Shown: positions 52,160 through 64,000 of the stretch, one piece after another | Numbering within the stretch: the stretch's first letter is position 1 | Layout of the letters: each line of letters opens with the position of its first letter | Assembly (NCBI GenBank): GCA_965644265.1 | Contig: OZ286468.1 | Location: 54,126,001 to 54,190,000, forward strand | DNA: 64,000 nt | Source: Glycera tridactyla | Taxonomy: Eukaryota | Direction of reading: 5' to 3' | Program-made: the position numbers and the translations under genes | Notes under the pieces: generated by a model | What the model saw: only the letters and a program-made list of their open reading frames with translations | Databases searched by the model: none | What the model was told of the DNA's origin: nothing

Positions 52160-55100
52160 GGTTCCTCATGGATCACCTTGGAACCAAGAACCATATCATT
52201 GTAAATATTATGTTTTTGGATTTAATAGCTGCAGTGGTCGAGCATTATTTGGCTTTTGCCATTTGTTATTATGAAATAAGTCAAATTATCAGAACTGTAT
52301 TGTGGTATAGTGCAGCAAGTGTTTATCTATGTTTCTAATTAAGAATCCCATTAATTACCATGAGGGGGATGATAACGATTCTTAATGTCACTGCCATTGG
52401 GATCGTTATGTCAGCGATTTCTTGATCATAGATGGTGGAGGGTGGATGAATCGCAATTAGTACTGATTGATTGATCTGTTAGAAGGTAACATCCTTCCTC
52501 TATCACGCTACCGAACCATTGAATATAGACTATCCCAACCGATCTCTATTTTGCTCATTTCAGTTGTATTTGGTTTTGTCCAAAATGTTATATTCATGCT
52601 TCTGGTATATTCCCAGTGTGCAAATCATGCATGACCTTTCTCCAAAATACTCTCATGTGCATGATTGAACACTGAGAAAGTTACTCCAGTTCATTATTCA
52701 GTTGAAGAATCCGTGTTCTCTACTGGGCATCTGGTCTCTCCCTTTGATCAACATTGATTTGAGACATATTTTATTTTGCTGTTGGTTCAACTTCAGATTT
52801 GGGATGATATGATCATCAACTTTTTTTGAAGGTTTCAATTAACAGTATGATATTATACAAACTCATTGTTACAGGTGTATGTTGTCATCAGATTGAAATA
52901 CTGTAGGTTGCTAGAGAGTGGTACTCATCAGATTCCAATTGCACATGGTCTAATTAAGAGCCCTAGCTATCTTGTCATACTGTTGCATATCCCACGAATG
53001 ATTTCATGGATTGATTTATGAAATAGAATAAATTTCACCAGGATAGTACATGTACTTCAAATAATGTATGCTTTTCAATTGGCTGGTCTGATGGGCCTGT
53101 CTTGTTCCATTTATTGAATATGGTACTGTATATTATTCCACTTTATTAATATTCAGTGTTCCTGTTTGGCTTTATGGGACTTATCCCAGGTTCTGATAAA
53201 ACTTTTTGTGGAGGTTGAAATGATATCCAAACTTCTTTCCTTGATTCAGATATCTCCAGTAATCACGTTTTTTGGATAACTTTCATGAAACTTTTCCTAC
53301 TGTATAGAGATTTTTGAAAATAGATGTAAGAGCATAGGTATCATGTTTGATTTAAGAGGATGTTTGCCAGTAAAAAAGACTACTTATGGGATATTCAGCA
53401 GTATGTTAGGGAATACAAAATCTATCTGCACCTGTAATGATTCAATTGGTGACTTTTCTGTTTATCTCACACTGGGAATCAATCCCTTCATATCATTTGC
53501 CCCATGTTTTTTCTCTGCGTTTTGGTCACAAAATCAAGAATTTGTGTGAAAATGCTGCTTCTGACTGATGTTTTATGACAAGATATTTTATTCGGTCGCC
53601 ACTTTCGCCATTCTACTATGCGGAGTTGGCCTTCATGGGATTTATTTTTGCAACCATACCTCCTAGACTGTATTGAATAATACACACACATTTGTCCATG
53701 GTTTCTAGCAAATACCAGAGAATGACTGTCAGTAATGGGACATCTATCAGGAAGGTTTATTCAATGATTACTTGATGAACATGAAATTTTCTAGGAACAA
53801 TATCAGTGTCCACATTCCCTGAGATTTTGTCGAAGGACCTGAATCATATATTTCGAGATGATTATCAGGTGCCTTATGATTGATATACTCATTGATTGAT
53901 ACACTTGATGAAAATTTACTAGTCTTCATCAGACATCAAAGATGCACAGACTGGACAATCAGATATTTCTGTAGTGAAGACAATTAGTGATTCTGTCATT
54001 TCTAGAGAAAACATAAAAATCAAAGGGATTAACGTCTATCTGATGTCTCTATGGCTGAATTGAGATCAGCGGATGGGTCTGTTCATGCTTGAGCCTTCAA
54101 GTTTTTCCATTGGAGAATAAAACATAGAGTTAAGAAATGAGCTGAACTCTACCACCTACATCATTGCCTAATCACCTGAGAATGTTAAAATTAAAAGGCA
54201 ATATTTGAATTTGATAATAGCTTGATGGAAATGATAAGGTAAATCATGAAGAAAAGAAACCCCACTCTCTTCTAGTGCATTGACCACAGTCAGAAATATC
54301 ACAGGAAACGAATGCAAAAACATGCAGATTTGAGACCTTTGAAGAAGAGAATCTTACCAATTCAGCTAACATGTGAAGGAAAATTGAATCAAAATTCATC
54401 CATGAATTGCTAAATGGAAAATGGTCAGTTTTGGGAGTACTGTATAGAAACTTATTCAAGATTTGAGATATGTGTGCATGTATGTGGGGGGATGTTTGGG
54501 TGTATGTTTGAAAGGCAAAGAATGATTTCATGAGATGGATGGATAACACTGTGTGCCTGTGGGTGAACCACTGGTCACAATTACAAGTGCAGTATTGTAA
54601 TGCCCATGCAATGGGCATGGGTGGGATCATTCAAGACTCCTTCTCCTCGATCCTCAACAGTAGGTGAACATTTATAAAATTTAAAGACACCCACAGTGTC
54701 ATTGTTGATACTGATAATCATATCAGTTCCTGATGTAGTAAAAATGGACATTTCAAGACTGCCTTGTTGTTGGTTTCTATTTGATAATGAATATGCATGA
54801 GAACCAGATGTGCTCGCATTTTTTTCTTCAGATTGGGGAAAATGTAGGTTCATCTGGATTTTGTTTTAGTAATTAATCCATAAAGCTTAGAAAACAAAAT
54901 ATATTTCAGAGGATGGGAAAAAGGAGAATTTTCCACGATATTCGTGTATATGATACACTATATGGGTGAATATTATCACTACTGTAGAATAGATATCCAG
55001 CAAATCAAGTGACTATATAATGGTGATAAATCTTCAATAATGGATTCATGGGACTTCTGAGTAGTTGGCTAGTTGTTTTTATCTTGTCATCTCCACCTGG

Positions 55101-57374
55101 TCTATATTGAGACAGCTGTGCTTATTGGTCCTTTGTGGCTCTTCCTGAAGTCCAATGAAAGCCAAAAATCCCGGTGTTATCCCTGCATGTCAGTTTGATA
55201 CATGACAGTGTTAGGGAGAATATGGTACAAAGATATTCAGTGACCCTTATGCTGCCTTCATGTGATACTCGTCAAATCAAATCAAATCACAGCAATTCAA
55301 CTTAATTGAAGTTGCAAGAATATTTTTTTTTTAAATGCAGTCAGCTTTCTCCCACGCAAATGAGTTGGAACATATATACCAAAATGACATGGGAAAACGG
55401 TTAGAGGAGACAATGTCGTATTAGATATTTGATAGTATAAGCATTATTTACACGAATAAATATCTATCAGATTGATTCGTTGATGTTAAACGGCATGTAT
55501 CAACCCCAAGGGTTATACGGGTGTGCTAGGTAGAAATGTTGGGATGTTACATTTGTACAGAATATCAAAGTAAGATTCATATTCTCCTTCAGGGAGAAGT
55601 GATAGTTTGCATGGACTGATCCTTTTTCAGGTATGGGATGTAATTTCAATCAACAGCATTCCCTTCAAATCATGCACCCAGGTCCTTCATCCATTTCACT
55701 CCTGAAGAATTCCTGCCACTCGGCTCTTACTTTCTCTTGTTGTTTGTATGAATCCAACGTACCAGTATATGTGTACCACAGATACTTCCATGAGATTGAG
55801 ATCCATATGGTATTTCAAGCAATATCCTATTTGGAAATATGTTCACAAATATTTTCTGATTATGGTCTTGCAGCATATCAAACACATACAAGCAAGAAAC
55901 ATTCTCCTCAAAGGTGTATCCTCCTGGATTGTGCTGAAATTCTACTTTGTAGCAGCTCATGGGATATATGTATATAGATATATATGTATATATATATATT
56001 AAGATATATAGAGCTGAAATCAATAGACTCAAATGGATTCAGGATGTCCTTTTTGAAAATATGGAGCTGTACATTGCCATCATTTGAGCCGTGTTCATGA
56101 AACTTTCAATTCCCTTCAATAGGGTGATCTATCTTTTGTGTAAATTTTGTTTATATAGTATGCTCCAAGTCTCTCGATAAAGTCATGTTTCACATCATTG
56201 GATCACTTTTTGAAATACATACTAGACGAACTTGACATGAATTTTGCAAAGATAATCTTTCTGTGAACAGAATGACTACATTCTTGCACTCTTGGTATAA
56301 GTAAGGTTGGGGTTCGATATATATATATATATATAAAAATAAATAAATAAATAAATAATAACAAGGAATCTCGGTTGAACCTCGAGACCTTGTGGACCAT
56401 ATATATATATAGTTTGAATTATTTGAGACTGGGCATAATGCAAAAATGTCTTCTACCCGAGTTGTAATTTCACAACAATGGTCTCATAAGTGTGGCAAGG
56501 TAAATCTCATGAACAGGGTATGATGAATATCACTTGGAACGAAGCTATCCTTGTAACAAGCACTACTAACATTTTGTTCCATATTGTGTACAATGATAGG
56601 TTCGTTTCAATGTGTACTCTCCAGGGAAAATATAGTCCACATACATTCCTTTGTACATGAGTATAATTAGAATTCCGAATCAAATCTACATGACATTTAC
56701 AATCGTTACTTCATATGGAGAATATCACCTTTATTATCAAGACACATTCATGAAATTCTTCAGCTTCTTGTTGATTCTTTTATTTTGCTGTCATGTTTCT
56801 ACATCTGTGATAGCACTTCATCTTTTTATTTTCCAGGATATCATTCCTTAATCATCCAGATCTCAGATTCGTTTACGATGACTATGTCATTTCCATCTGT
56901 CAATCATCTTTCAATCCATCATAAATAGCTAGGCGATTCAGAGGATTGAAAAATCCGGCAGTCAATGTGTACCTTTTTACTTTTGCTCAGGTTCGTCTTT
57001 TTCAATATCTCATTATAATAATTTTCTCTATGGTTTGATTTTTAATAGCGAGAGAAAGTAGTTGGTGGTCATTTGGCTCCATCTAATCTTTCACCTCCAC
57101 GTCAGGTTTGTCGGTTACAACATATCCTTCCTCTTACTCAGTGCTCACATGTGACAGTTATACATCTCACATCTTACCAAATATATATTGCCAAATAAGT
57201 TTAATCTTTTGGTTCGATATCAAACTTCCTTATTTGGATAATTTCAATCTTCATATCCATTACTGAAACATGCTCATTCTTACGAGATGACCTATTTGAA
57301 TGGTATTGATTCCGTCATATTTGTACACCATTCTAAGTTTAGGGGATTGACTGGTTGAAGCAGTCTGTTTGTAC

Positions 57375-57556
57375 TACAGTCAAACTTGTCCTAGGAAAGA
57401 CTTGTACTAAGCAAGAACTTGCTCTAAGCAATAGGTTTTTGTTTATCCCATCAGAGTATTTTCCACTATGATTGACATGTACTAACCGTGAACTTACTCT
57501 AAGCACACAGTATTTTCTCTTCCTGAGGCTTCATGCTTAAGACAAGTTTGACTGTA
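57375..57556. mobile_element. MITE subfamily A, intact
   Basis: perfect 16-bp TIR including TA: tacagtcaaacttgtc ... gacaagtttgactgta; 182 bp. Confidence 0.92.
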
Positions 57557-58141
57557 TTCAAAAAAGATTCATGGTGGTGTTCAAATGAAGGAATCATTAT
57601 GGACCAATATTGATGAAATAAAATATTCAGTGTTTAGTAATACCGTCATGTTGATTAAGAGACTTCGATTATGCAATTATATAAACTATATGAGAACCAT
57701 TTATGAAAAAAAAATGGAAGTTTGTTACGTAAAATGAATGCCTGTCTGATTGGATCATATTTACAATTTTTTGTGGTCTAAAGATATATCTTGTGTTGCT
57801 GATTTCTATTTCATATACATTCGATTTGACTTGTAGAACTGCGCTTTTGCAACTGAGTAGGCCATCGCTTTGTTGTGGGTGATTCAAAATCACCTTTATT
57901 TCTTCTATACATATGTAACTGAAAATATAGAATTATCATTTGTTTTTATATTTGATCACCACTTTAGGGAAAGCTAATACTGTCTCCCCTATGCAGCCAC
58001 GTTAGAATTCCCCATCGGATTTTTTTTCACTATAATTCATCTGCTGTTAGCAGCGACTTATTGAATTCCAGAAGGATGGCTGCTTAGAACAGGCTTGACT
58101 GTAGTTCTAGATGTGAGATGATGCTGGTTGTGACACTGAGT

Positions 58142-58846
58142 ATCCAGGTCTGCTGCTCTTGACACGCTGGACCCTGCACTGAACCTGCCACTTCTAACTA
58201 CTCTTCCCGGCTCTAATTCTCACTTGCAGCCCACCTCATCTCATTGCAGGAGTGAAGAGCTGGTGTCAACCAGCTCCACCTGATCAGTGTGCCCACAGCA
58301 TGTTGTCACAGGACAGAAAAGAATTCACAGGATCGGTGTGTCAAGGGGGGGGGGGCTGAGGTGGGGGGGGGGGGGGGGGGGGGGACAGCAACAATGCATG
58401 ATATGTAAAGGGAAGTGTACTTATTTTTGAGAGACTCAAATGAGTAATAATCAATATATACAGAGATGGTTGATTGGCATTTAAGATGTCGGTGTTACTA
58501 GTAATTTGGCTTACTGGTAAGCAGGGTGTTTGGTTCACCGAATAGGGAACAAATGTTTGCAGGATCTCTACCAAGTATTTCTCACATAAAGTCAGAAGAA
58601 AGTAAAGAGATTTCATTTCTGTCATGAAAAGTCAGAAATGTGGGCACTCAACTCTAGCAAACTCTTAAATTTGGCCAAATTCCCGACCGGGTATTTTTAT
58701 CATCCAGGTCTGCTGTTCTTGACATGCTGGACCCTGCACTGAACCTGCCAACTTTAACTACTCTTCCCAGCTCACTTGAAATGTGGGCACTCATTTCCAG
58801 CAAACTCTTAAATTTGGCCAAATTACCGACCGCGTATCCTTCATCC
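58142..58846. repeat. Interrupted about 143-bp tandem duplication (A..B A B)
   Basis: A (atccaggtctgctg...ctcttccc) at 58142 and 58702; B (gaaatgtgggcactca...catcc) at 58635 and 58778. Confidence 0.88.
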
Positions 58847-60077
58847 TAATATGTCAATACACGGACACCATTCAGTTTTCAAGCTATTTTGAGATACATG
58901 TATTTAGAAAGCTATGGATGTCAATTAGAATCATGTTACATGTCTAAGAACATGGCAGTTCTTTCCTGTCCTCTTGCAGTATACTGTGAAGCATCCTGAC
59001 CAGCTTCATATTGTCACTGATTGTCTGACTGTCTAGGTTGTTACTACTTGAGCATGCAGCGAATTTTCCCTGTACATGAGTGCTCGACCAACTCTATCAT
59101 ACTCATATCATTGTTTACTCGTTCCATTTATCAAGATGTATCGTCATCACTGCAAAAATTATACCCAAACCAGCAACTACCATATCTTGAATTTTGTAAT
59201 CCCATTGTTGTTGTTTCTTTGTTTGCATGCCAGTTATGTTGCTGTTGTCTTGTACATCTCATTTTACCTTCAATTTTATCTTCATTATTCCCTGAATGTT
59301 AGGAACTTATCAATTCACAATGTACCACGTGGAGATATATCAAAATTCAGTTATGAATGCGAAGCATGTGAGAAAAATACGCCACACTCTTTCAACACTA
59401 TGGCCACATCAGCGTGACCGCGATCAACCATAGCAGAGTCGGGCAGGTAGGCCTATGTACTCCTGTCGCTGAAGTCCAGTACCCATTCCTCAGTATATTT
59501 GTTTTTGATAGAGGATTTTAAAACTCCATCTCAAGTTTCTAATTTGGACAGAGTTTGATGCAATACAATTCTCACCACCAAATTTACAAAATGTACATTT
59601 GAGGAGATACATGAGCAACATTAAGTAGCTGTATTCATACACTTGGATGCATTTTCCAGCGTATTATTAGCAAAACACAGGCGCCACAAGTAGAGGCAAA
59701 CTGACTAATTTGTTGTCAAAATGTACATTTGAGGAGATACATGAGCGACGGTATATATTGTAAGCAGATGTATCAATATTCTTCACTAGTATGCATTTTC
59801 CAGCAAATTATCAGTGAAAAACAGGTGCCACAAATAAAGGCAAGCTGACTACTTTGTTGTCAACAAGACGGGCCCCCCAACCAGACGCAGTAACCACTCG
59901 CTGAGGAGAGAGTCCGGATGAGCTCTGAAATCTTCGACTTTGAGTATCGTGAAACTTCATCCTTACAAGTAGTTTGTTGTAGCTGCGTGTACCTGCATAT
60001 AGACAGGAAATATACTTCAGTCCAGATACTTACTGCCTTTATTTTAGATGAGCCAGTGATATTTATAGGAGGTGGTT

Positions 60078-60262
60078 AGAATTACATTCACAGAAATCAT
60101 ATGATTTCTTGTGTACTTGAACCTGGATCTCCAGCATGGTACCAAGACAACTTGCTCCTACAGAGGCTAGGCAATTGGAGCCATACTGGTGATCAAGGTT
60201 CAAATTCACAAGAAAGCAGATGATTTCTGAGATGGGCATTTGTACATTCCAATGGTGAAACC
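60078..60262. mobile_element. Two diverged fragments of the same SINE in head-to-head orientation
   Basis: about 60078-60146 matches the minus-oriented copy (aattacatt...ttgaacctgg...cagcatgg); about 60153-60262 matches its reverse complement (gctcct...aggctaggc...ggttcaaattcacaagaa). Confidence 0.65.
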
Positions 60263-61161
60263 TAGTTCCATTCTAACCATCTCATTTATGTTATGTTACA
60301 TACATTGGGTACATACATCCTTCAACACTGCTCGCATTATAGCATCGGGACCAAGAAAGTTCGAGCTGTATTCGGATTTTTGTCAAGTATTCTGCGCAAA
60401 ATACTGCATCTATTTTTGATTCTCATCCATGGCTCAAAAGCTTCGCTGATTTCTGGGCAGGTGCAACCACTTCTACCAGTCTTGGTCAATTGCATGACTA
60501 CATTTAATTGCAATCTTCTTAGACAGTGATGTAATTCTTTTTGATCTGTATCTTCTTGCATGAAGTGAGATTGTGATCATTATTTAGCAACAATTTCACT
60601 AAGACTACAGCTGCTGAGATTGTTACATCAACTGACCTCTGATGACCATTCGTTTTTCAACTATATTTCGATAAAATTAGAATCGCAACTAGGGGATGTT
60701 ATAATTTGTTATTTCAGATATAAATTGGGTCACGGTAAGCATAGGACTCGTAGATGATGTGTGAGATAACTGACAATTCCCTCAGCTTTGATGTACTGTC
60801 CAGAACCAAACTTTGTGTTCAGATAGAATTCATTGTGAGATGAGATGCAGATATATTCATTGTGAGATGATGATGTGTGAATTTTTATTTCGCCTGCCAC
60901 TGCTAGTGGAACCAAGCATAGAATGTGAAGTTGCACTCAACTCAGATTCCACTTTTGGAAGAATGACGATCTCCTTTCATCTGTCTGATCATGTAATGAG
61001 ATGATTACCATGGATCAGGGATGTGATTGTTCCGCGCATCCACAGATTTCCGGGTTTGTCATCACAAATGCAGCAATCCCCATAGGATAGAGCATTTTAT
61101 GCTGATTGTTTTGGATTTTGGATCATGAAAATCGGACCAGTATTAGTGGAGATAGGGCACA

Positions 61162-61343
61162 TACAGTCGAACCTCTCTATAAAGACCGCCCTTGGTCGCA
61201 TCAAAATGTGGTCTTTATAGGGAGGCGGTCTTTATAGAGAGGTCATTTACTGTTGAAAATGCTACCACGGTCGCAGCTCAGGGTGGTCTTTATAGGGAGG
61301 TGGTCTTTATAGAGAGGTGGTCTTTAGAGGAGGTTCGATTGTA
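61162..61343. mobile_element. MITE subfamily B, intact
   Basis: tacagtcgaacctc ... gaggttcgattgta; internal ggtggtctttatag repeats; 182 bp. Confidence 0.9.
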
Positions 61344-61770
61344 GTTTATATGCAGTCATAGTAGCCATCAGTTAGCAGTTGTAGGGATTTCTCGGTCCAC
61401 AAAATCTTGGTGAAAAGCGCCTCCCTTTCAGGTTTTCAGTGTTTTGGGTTGTGAGCCAATCACATCCCTGATAGATGTATCATAATATTCTTAGAGAGCT
61501 CGGTCAACCTTCCCCTCTCTGTTTGTGCCCGGCTATTGTTGACAGCATTTTTCATGACATAAGCCATCACATCTTCTGATTATAGGCAGGGCACTTCCTT
61601 TACCATTGCTTTTCATACTACATGTGCCTCTTTTTCAGGTACTCACTCATTTAAAAGTACTCTTGAATCTATTGAGGGAATCACAACATACAATACACAG
61701 TAAACAACATTATTCCATCATTGTTCATCCTTGATGCTGGCAAGTCTTATGAACACACTACATTCAGAAT

Positions 61771-61953
61771 TACAGTCAAACCTGTCCTAAGCAACCACCC
61801 TTCGGGAAGTGAAAAAGTGGCTGCTTAGGGCAGGTGGCTGCTTAGAGCAGGTTAATTATAGTGAAAAAAAAACTCCGGCGGGAAATTCAAAAGTGGCTGC
61901 TCAGGGCAGGTGGCTGCTTGGTACAGTGGCTGCTTAGGACAGGTTAGACTGTA
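61771..61953. mobile_element. MITE subfamily C, intact
   Basis: tacagtcaaacctgtcctaagca ... tgcttaggacaggttagactgta (22/23 complementary); internal gtggctgcttag repeats; 183 bp. Confidence 0.92.
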
Positions 61954-62947
61954 GTTCAATTGACAAAAGTGGTTATGTCACCAATAATTCTATCGCTCTG
62001 TGAAATATGACCGATAGATGGCATGAACTATATGTTTACAATACTCTCAGTTATGTATTGTGTTTAGGTAGTTGTTCATATTGATGCATCTTGAGCTATT
62101 CTAGTGAAGGTATGGGTTGTGTATTTACCGTTTGCTAGTAGATGTTGGGGCTTTTGCTGTATCTGATGGCTTGGTGTGGAGTTTAATACTTTTTTCATAT
62201 TCGATTGTTGCATGAGTATGCATTCATTAAATGTACGTGTACTTCATTGATTCGATACCTTTCACCTGAGCTGTGAATTGTATCATGTTGAGAGGCATTT
62301 CCTGTACAAGCAATCCATGAATTGAATTATGTACATGTATACTGATGTTTCGTATTAGCCAAACTATCATGTGCTACTGTATATTTCGGTCATTACAATG
62401 TCCTTTCCCATTGGCTGATGTATTGAATCAATGTGAATGATCACAACTCTCTTGCAGAACACTCATGAAAGATGAAAATGTATGAAATGTGTTGATCGAC
62501 ACATTCCATGCCTCAACATTGGATCCACAATTTATTACTCAAATTTTGTGAATTCGGTTGATTGAAAGTTAGTATGCATCACCACAGTTGAAATGTCACC
62601 ATACTGAAGAGAGGGGAATGCTGGGTTCAGTTCTTGTAGATTATGCTATTTTTTTAATCAAAAAGTGAATAGACTTTCAATCAGGAATACCTTGAGTTTC
62701 AAGGAACCCAAGGTCAATTTTTTGGAATTCTACTGGAAAGGTCTTAGGCCCTCTCCTTTCCCCTCAAAAGACTCCTTGAAGTGGTGAATATCACAAATTT
62801 CGGTTTCTTCTTGAAATCACCATATTTGGTGGATGTTGATCATTCTCTTTGCAAATCTGCATGAGTCTGATTCTGTGAATCATCCGAGAGGACTGTATAC
62901 CTATGCTATTTTGATGTGGTATTTTGGAGTGAATATTGACACCTGAC

Positions 62948-63546
62948 ATTTTCATGCCCTGCGGTGTGTAACACCGGAGGGGCATTATGTTTTCGAATAG
63001 ACCCCGGTGTGGGTGTGTGTGTGGGTGGGTGGCAAGACACCTAAAGATTTTGGGGCGGCCATCTTGAAATTCAAGGTTACTAAGTGCAAAAAGGTCAAAA
63101 TGGTTTCCGACCAATAACTTGAAAAGTTTCAGGGCAAGCCTTCTCAAATTTGGTGTACTGACTTCCCTAGGGTCTGGTAATACGCCTATTGATTCTGGTG
63201 TGGCACTAAGTGCAAAAAGGTCAAAACGGTTTCCGACCTATAACTCAAAAAGTTTCGGGGCTAATCTTTTCAAACTTGGTATACAGACATGGCGAGACAT
63301 CTATTTACTGAGTTCAAAAAGGTCAAACTGGTTTCTGGACAATAACTTCAAAAGTGCTAGGGCTAGCCTTCTCAAACTTCCTGTACAGACTGTCCTAGGC
63401 TGACTTTTGGGTTGGTCATCTTAAATTTCAAGGTCATTGAATGTGAAAAAGGTATTAGTTTTGTTCTATTTCACTTCTTTCGTTCAATCTTCCTGTGACA
63501 AGCCTGCTTTCAGCAGGGCATTCACACTCACTGAGTGCATCTAGTT
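62948..63546 (+). mobile_element. Non-autonomous Helentron/HINE (DINE-1-like) element
   Basis: subterminal inverted repeat atgccctgc (62954) / gcagggcat (63513); 5' hairpin cggtgt-gta-acaccg; GT-rich microsatellite; three internal about 84-bp repeats (63079, 63205, 63307); 3' hairpin cactca-c-tgagtg; ends ctagtt. Confidence 0.7.
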
Positions 63547-64000
63547 ACCCATGTAGAGCCAGCTCATCCGTGCCTAATCTGGTTCAATGCTTATGATATG
63601 TTCTTGCTGACATATCATCATACCATTTATTTTATCCACCGACTGATGATTTAATGAATAATAGGGGTCATAACTTTCTCATATTCAATCTTCACCTCAA
63701 GTCTTTTTTTACCCTCGTATCATGTTTTTGTATCATAGTGCAATTTTTCCGGATAACCAAATGTAGCAACTATATGTGATAATTATATTGTGGACAATGG
63801 GAATTGTAAATTGATTGTCAGTAAAGTGACAAATTGCTGTGGGAAACAAGTGAGTGTACAAGAAGAAATATTGCAAACCTTGATGTGTAGATATGAAATG
63901 TGTGGCCTACTGTCTATTTTTTTTTTGCTTCTACCAAGAAACCAGTAGATATATACCTGTGTTATATATGATTTCCAGTGGTGCTGAATTAGTAACTTTA

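Noticed and set aside
52400-54100. Possible L1/Tx1 relic; other possible retroelement relics near 1800-2100, 8300-8800, 16000-16700, 32200-33600 and 40960-41225
   Set aside because: Only faint motif echoes by eye; a profile search is needed before calling them
57049-57057. 9-nt microexon candidate (REK)
   Set aside because: Weak donor GTAGTT; indistinguishable from chance
59300-59446. CpG-rich patch ending CAG|GTAGGC
   Set aside because: No acceptor gives a phase-0 open frame, and there is no KCNT similarity
1-64000. Most ORF-track entries as independent genes; CRISPR or prokaryotic defence systems
   Set aside because: ORFs are short, low-complexity, cross N gaps or are off-frame shadows of exons. 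The tandem repeats have no unique spacers and the DNA is a spliced eukaryotic gene

Overview
AT-rich animal (invertebrate-looking; species not identifiable) genomic DNA with three short N gaps. The window lies inside one large + strand gene, a KCNT/Slo2 (Slack/Slick-type) potassium channel. I reconstructed 17 core GT-AG exon positions between 141 and 37950, from the end of S6 through RCK1, the linker and RCK2. They splice in frame and match remembered vertebrate KCNT1 motifs, except the weakly similar linker exons 8 and 9. Two more candidate exons lie at about 50.8-51.4 kb. The 5' end and probably the last exons are outside the window. The most interesting signal is an apparent alternative-splicing repertoire built from duplicated pieces: (1) two 106-nt paralogous exons that look mutually exclusive (28921-29026, 30659-30764); (2) a partial paralog of the YGVSLVGI exon whose differences are all synonymous and whose acceptor is also an AG|GT recursive-type site (12107-12184); (3) a candidate 30-nt microexon (4718-4747); (4) an in-frame duplicated acceptor (599 vs 674). 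The introns hold about 182-bp TA-flanked MITEs, a tRNA-derived SINE composite inserted beside an acceptor, a Helentron/HINE-like element, LINE relics and minisatellites. Homology statements come from recall of KCNT1/2 sequences, not database searches. No novelty claim has been checked against the literature.
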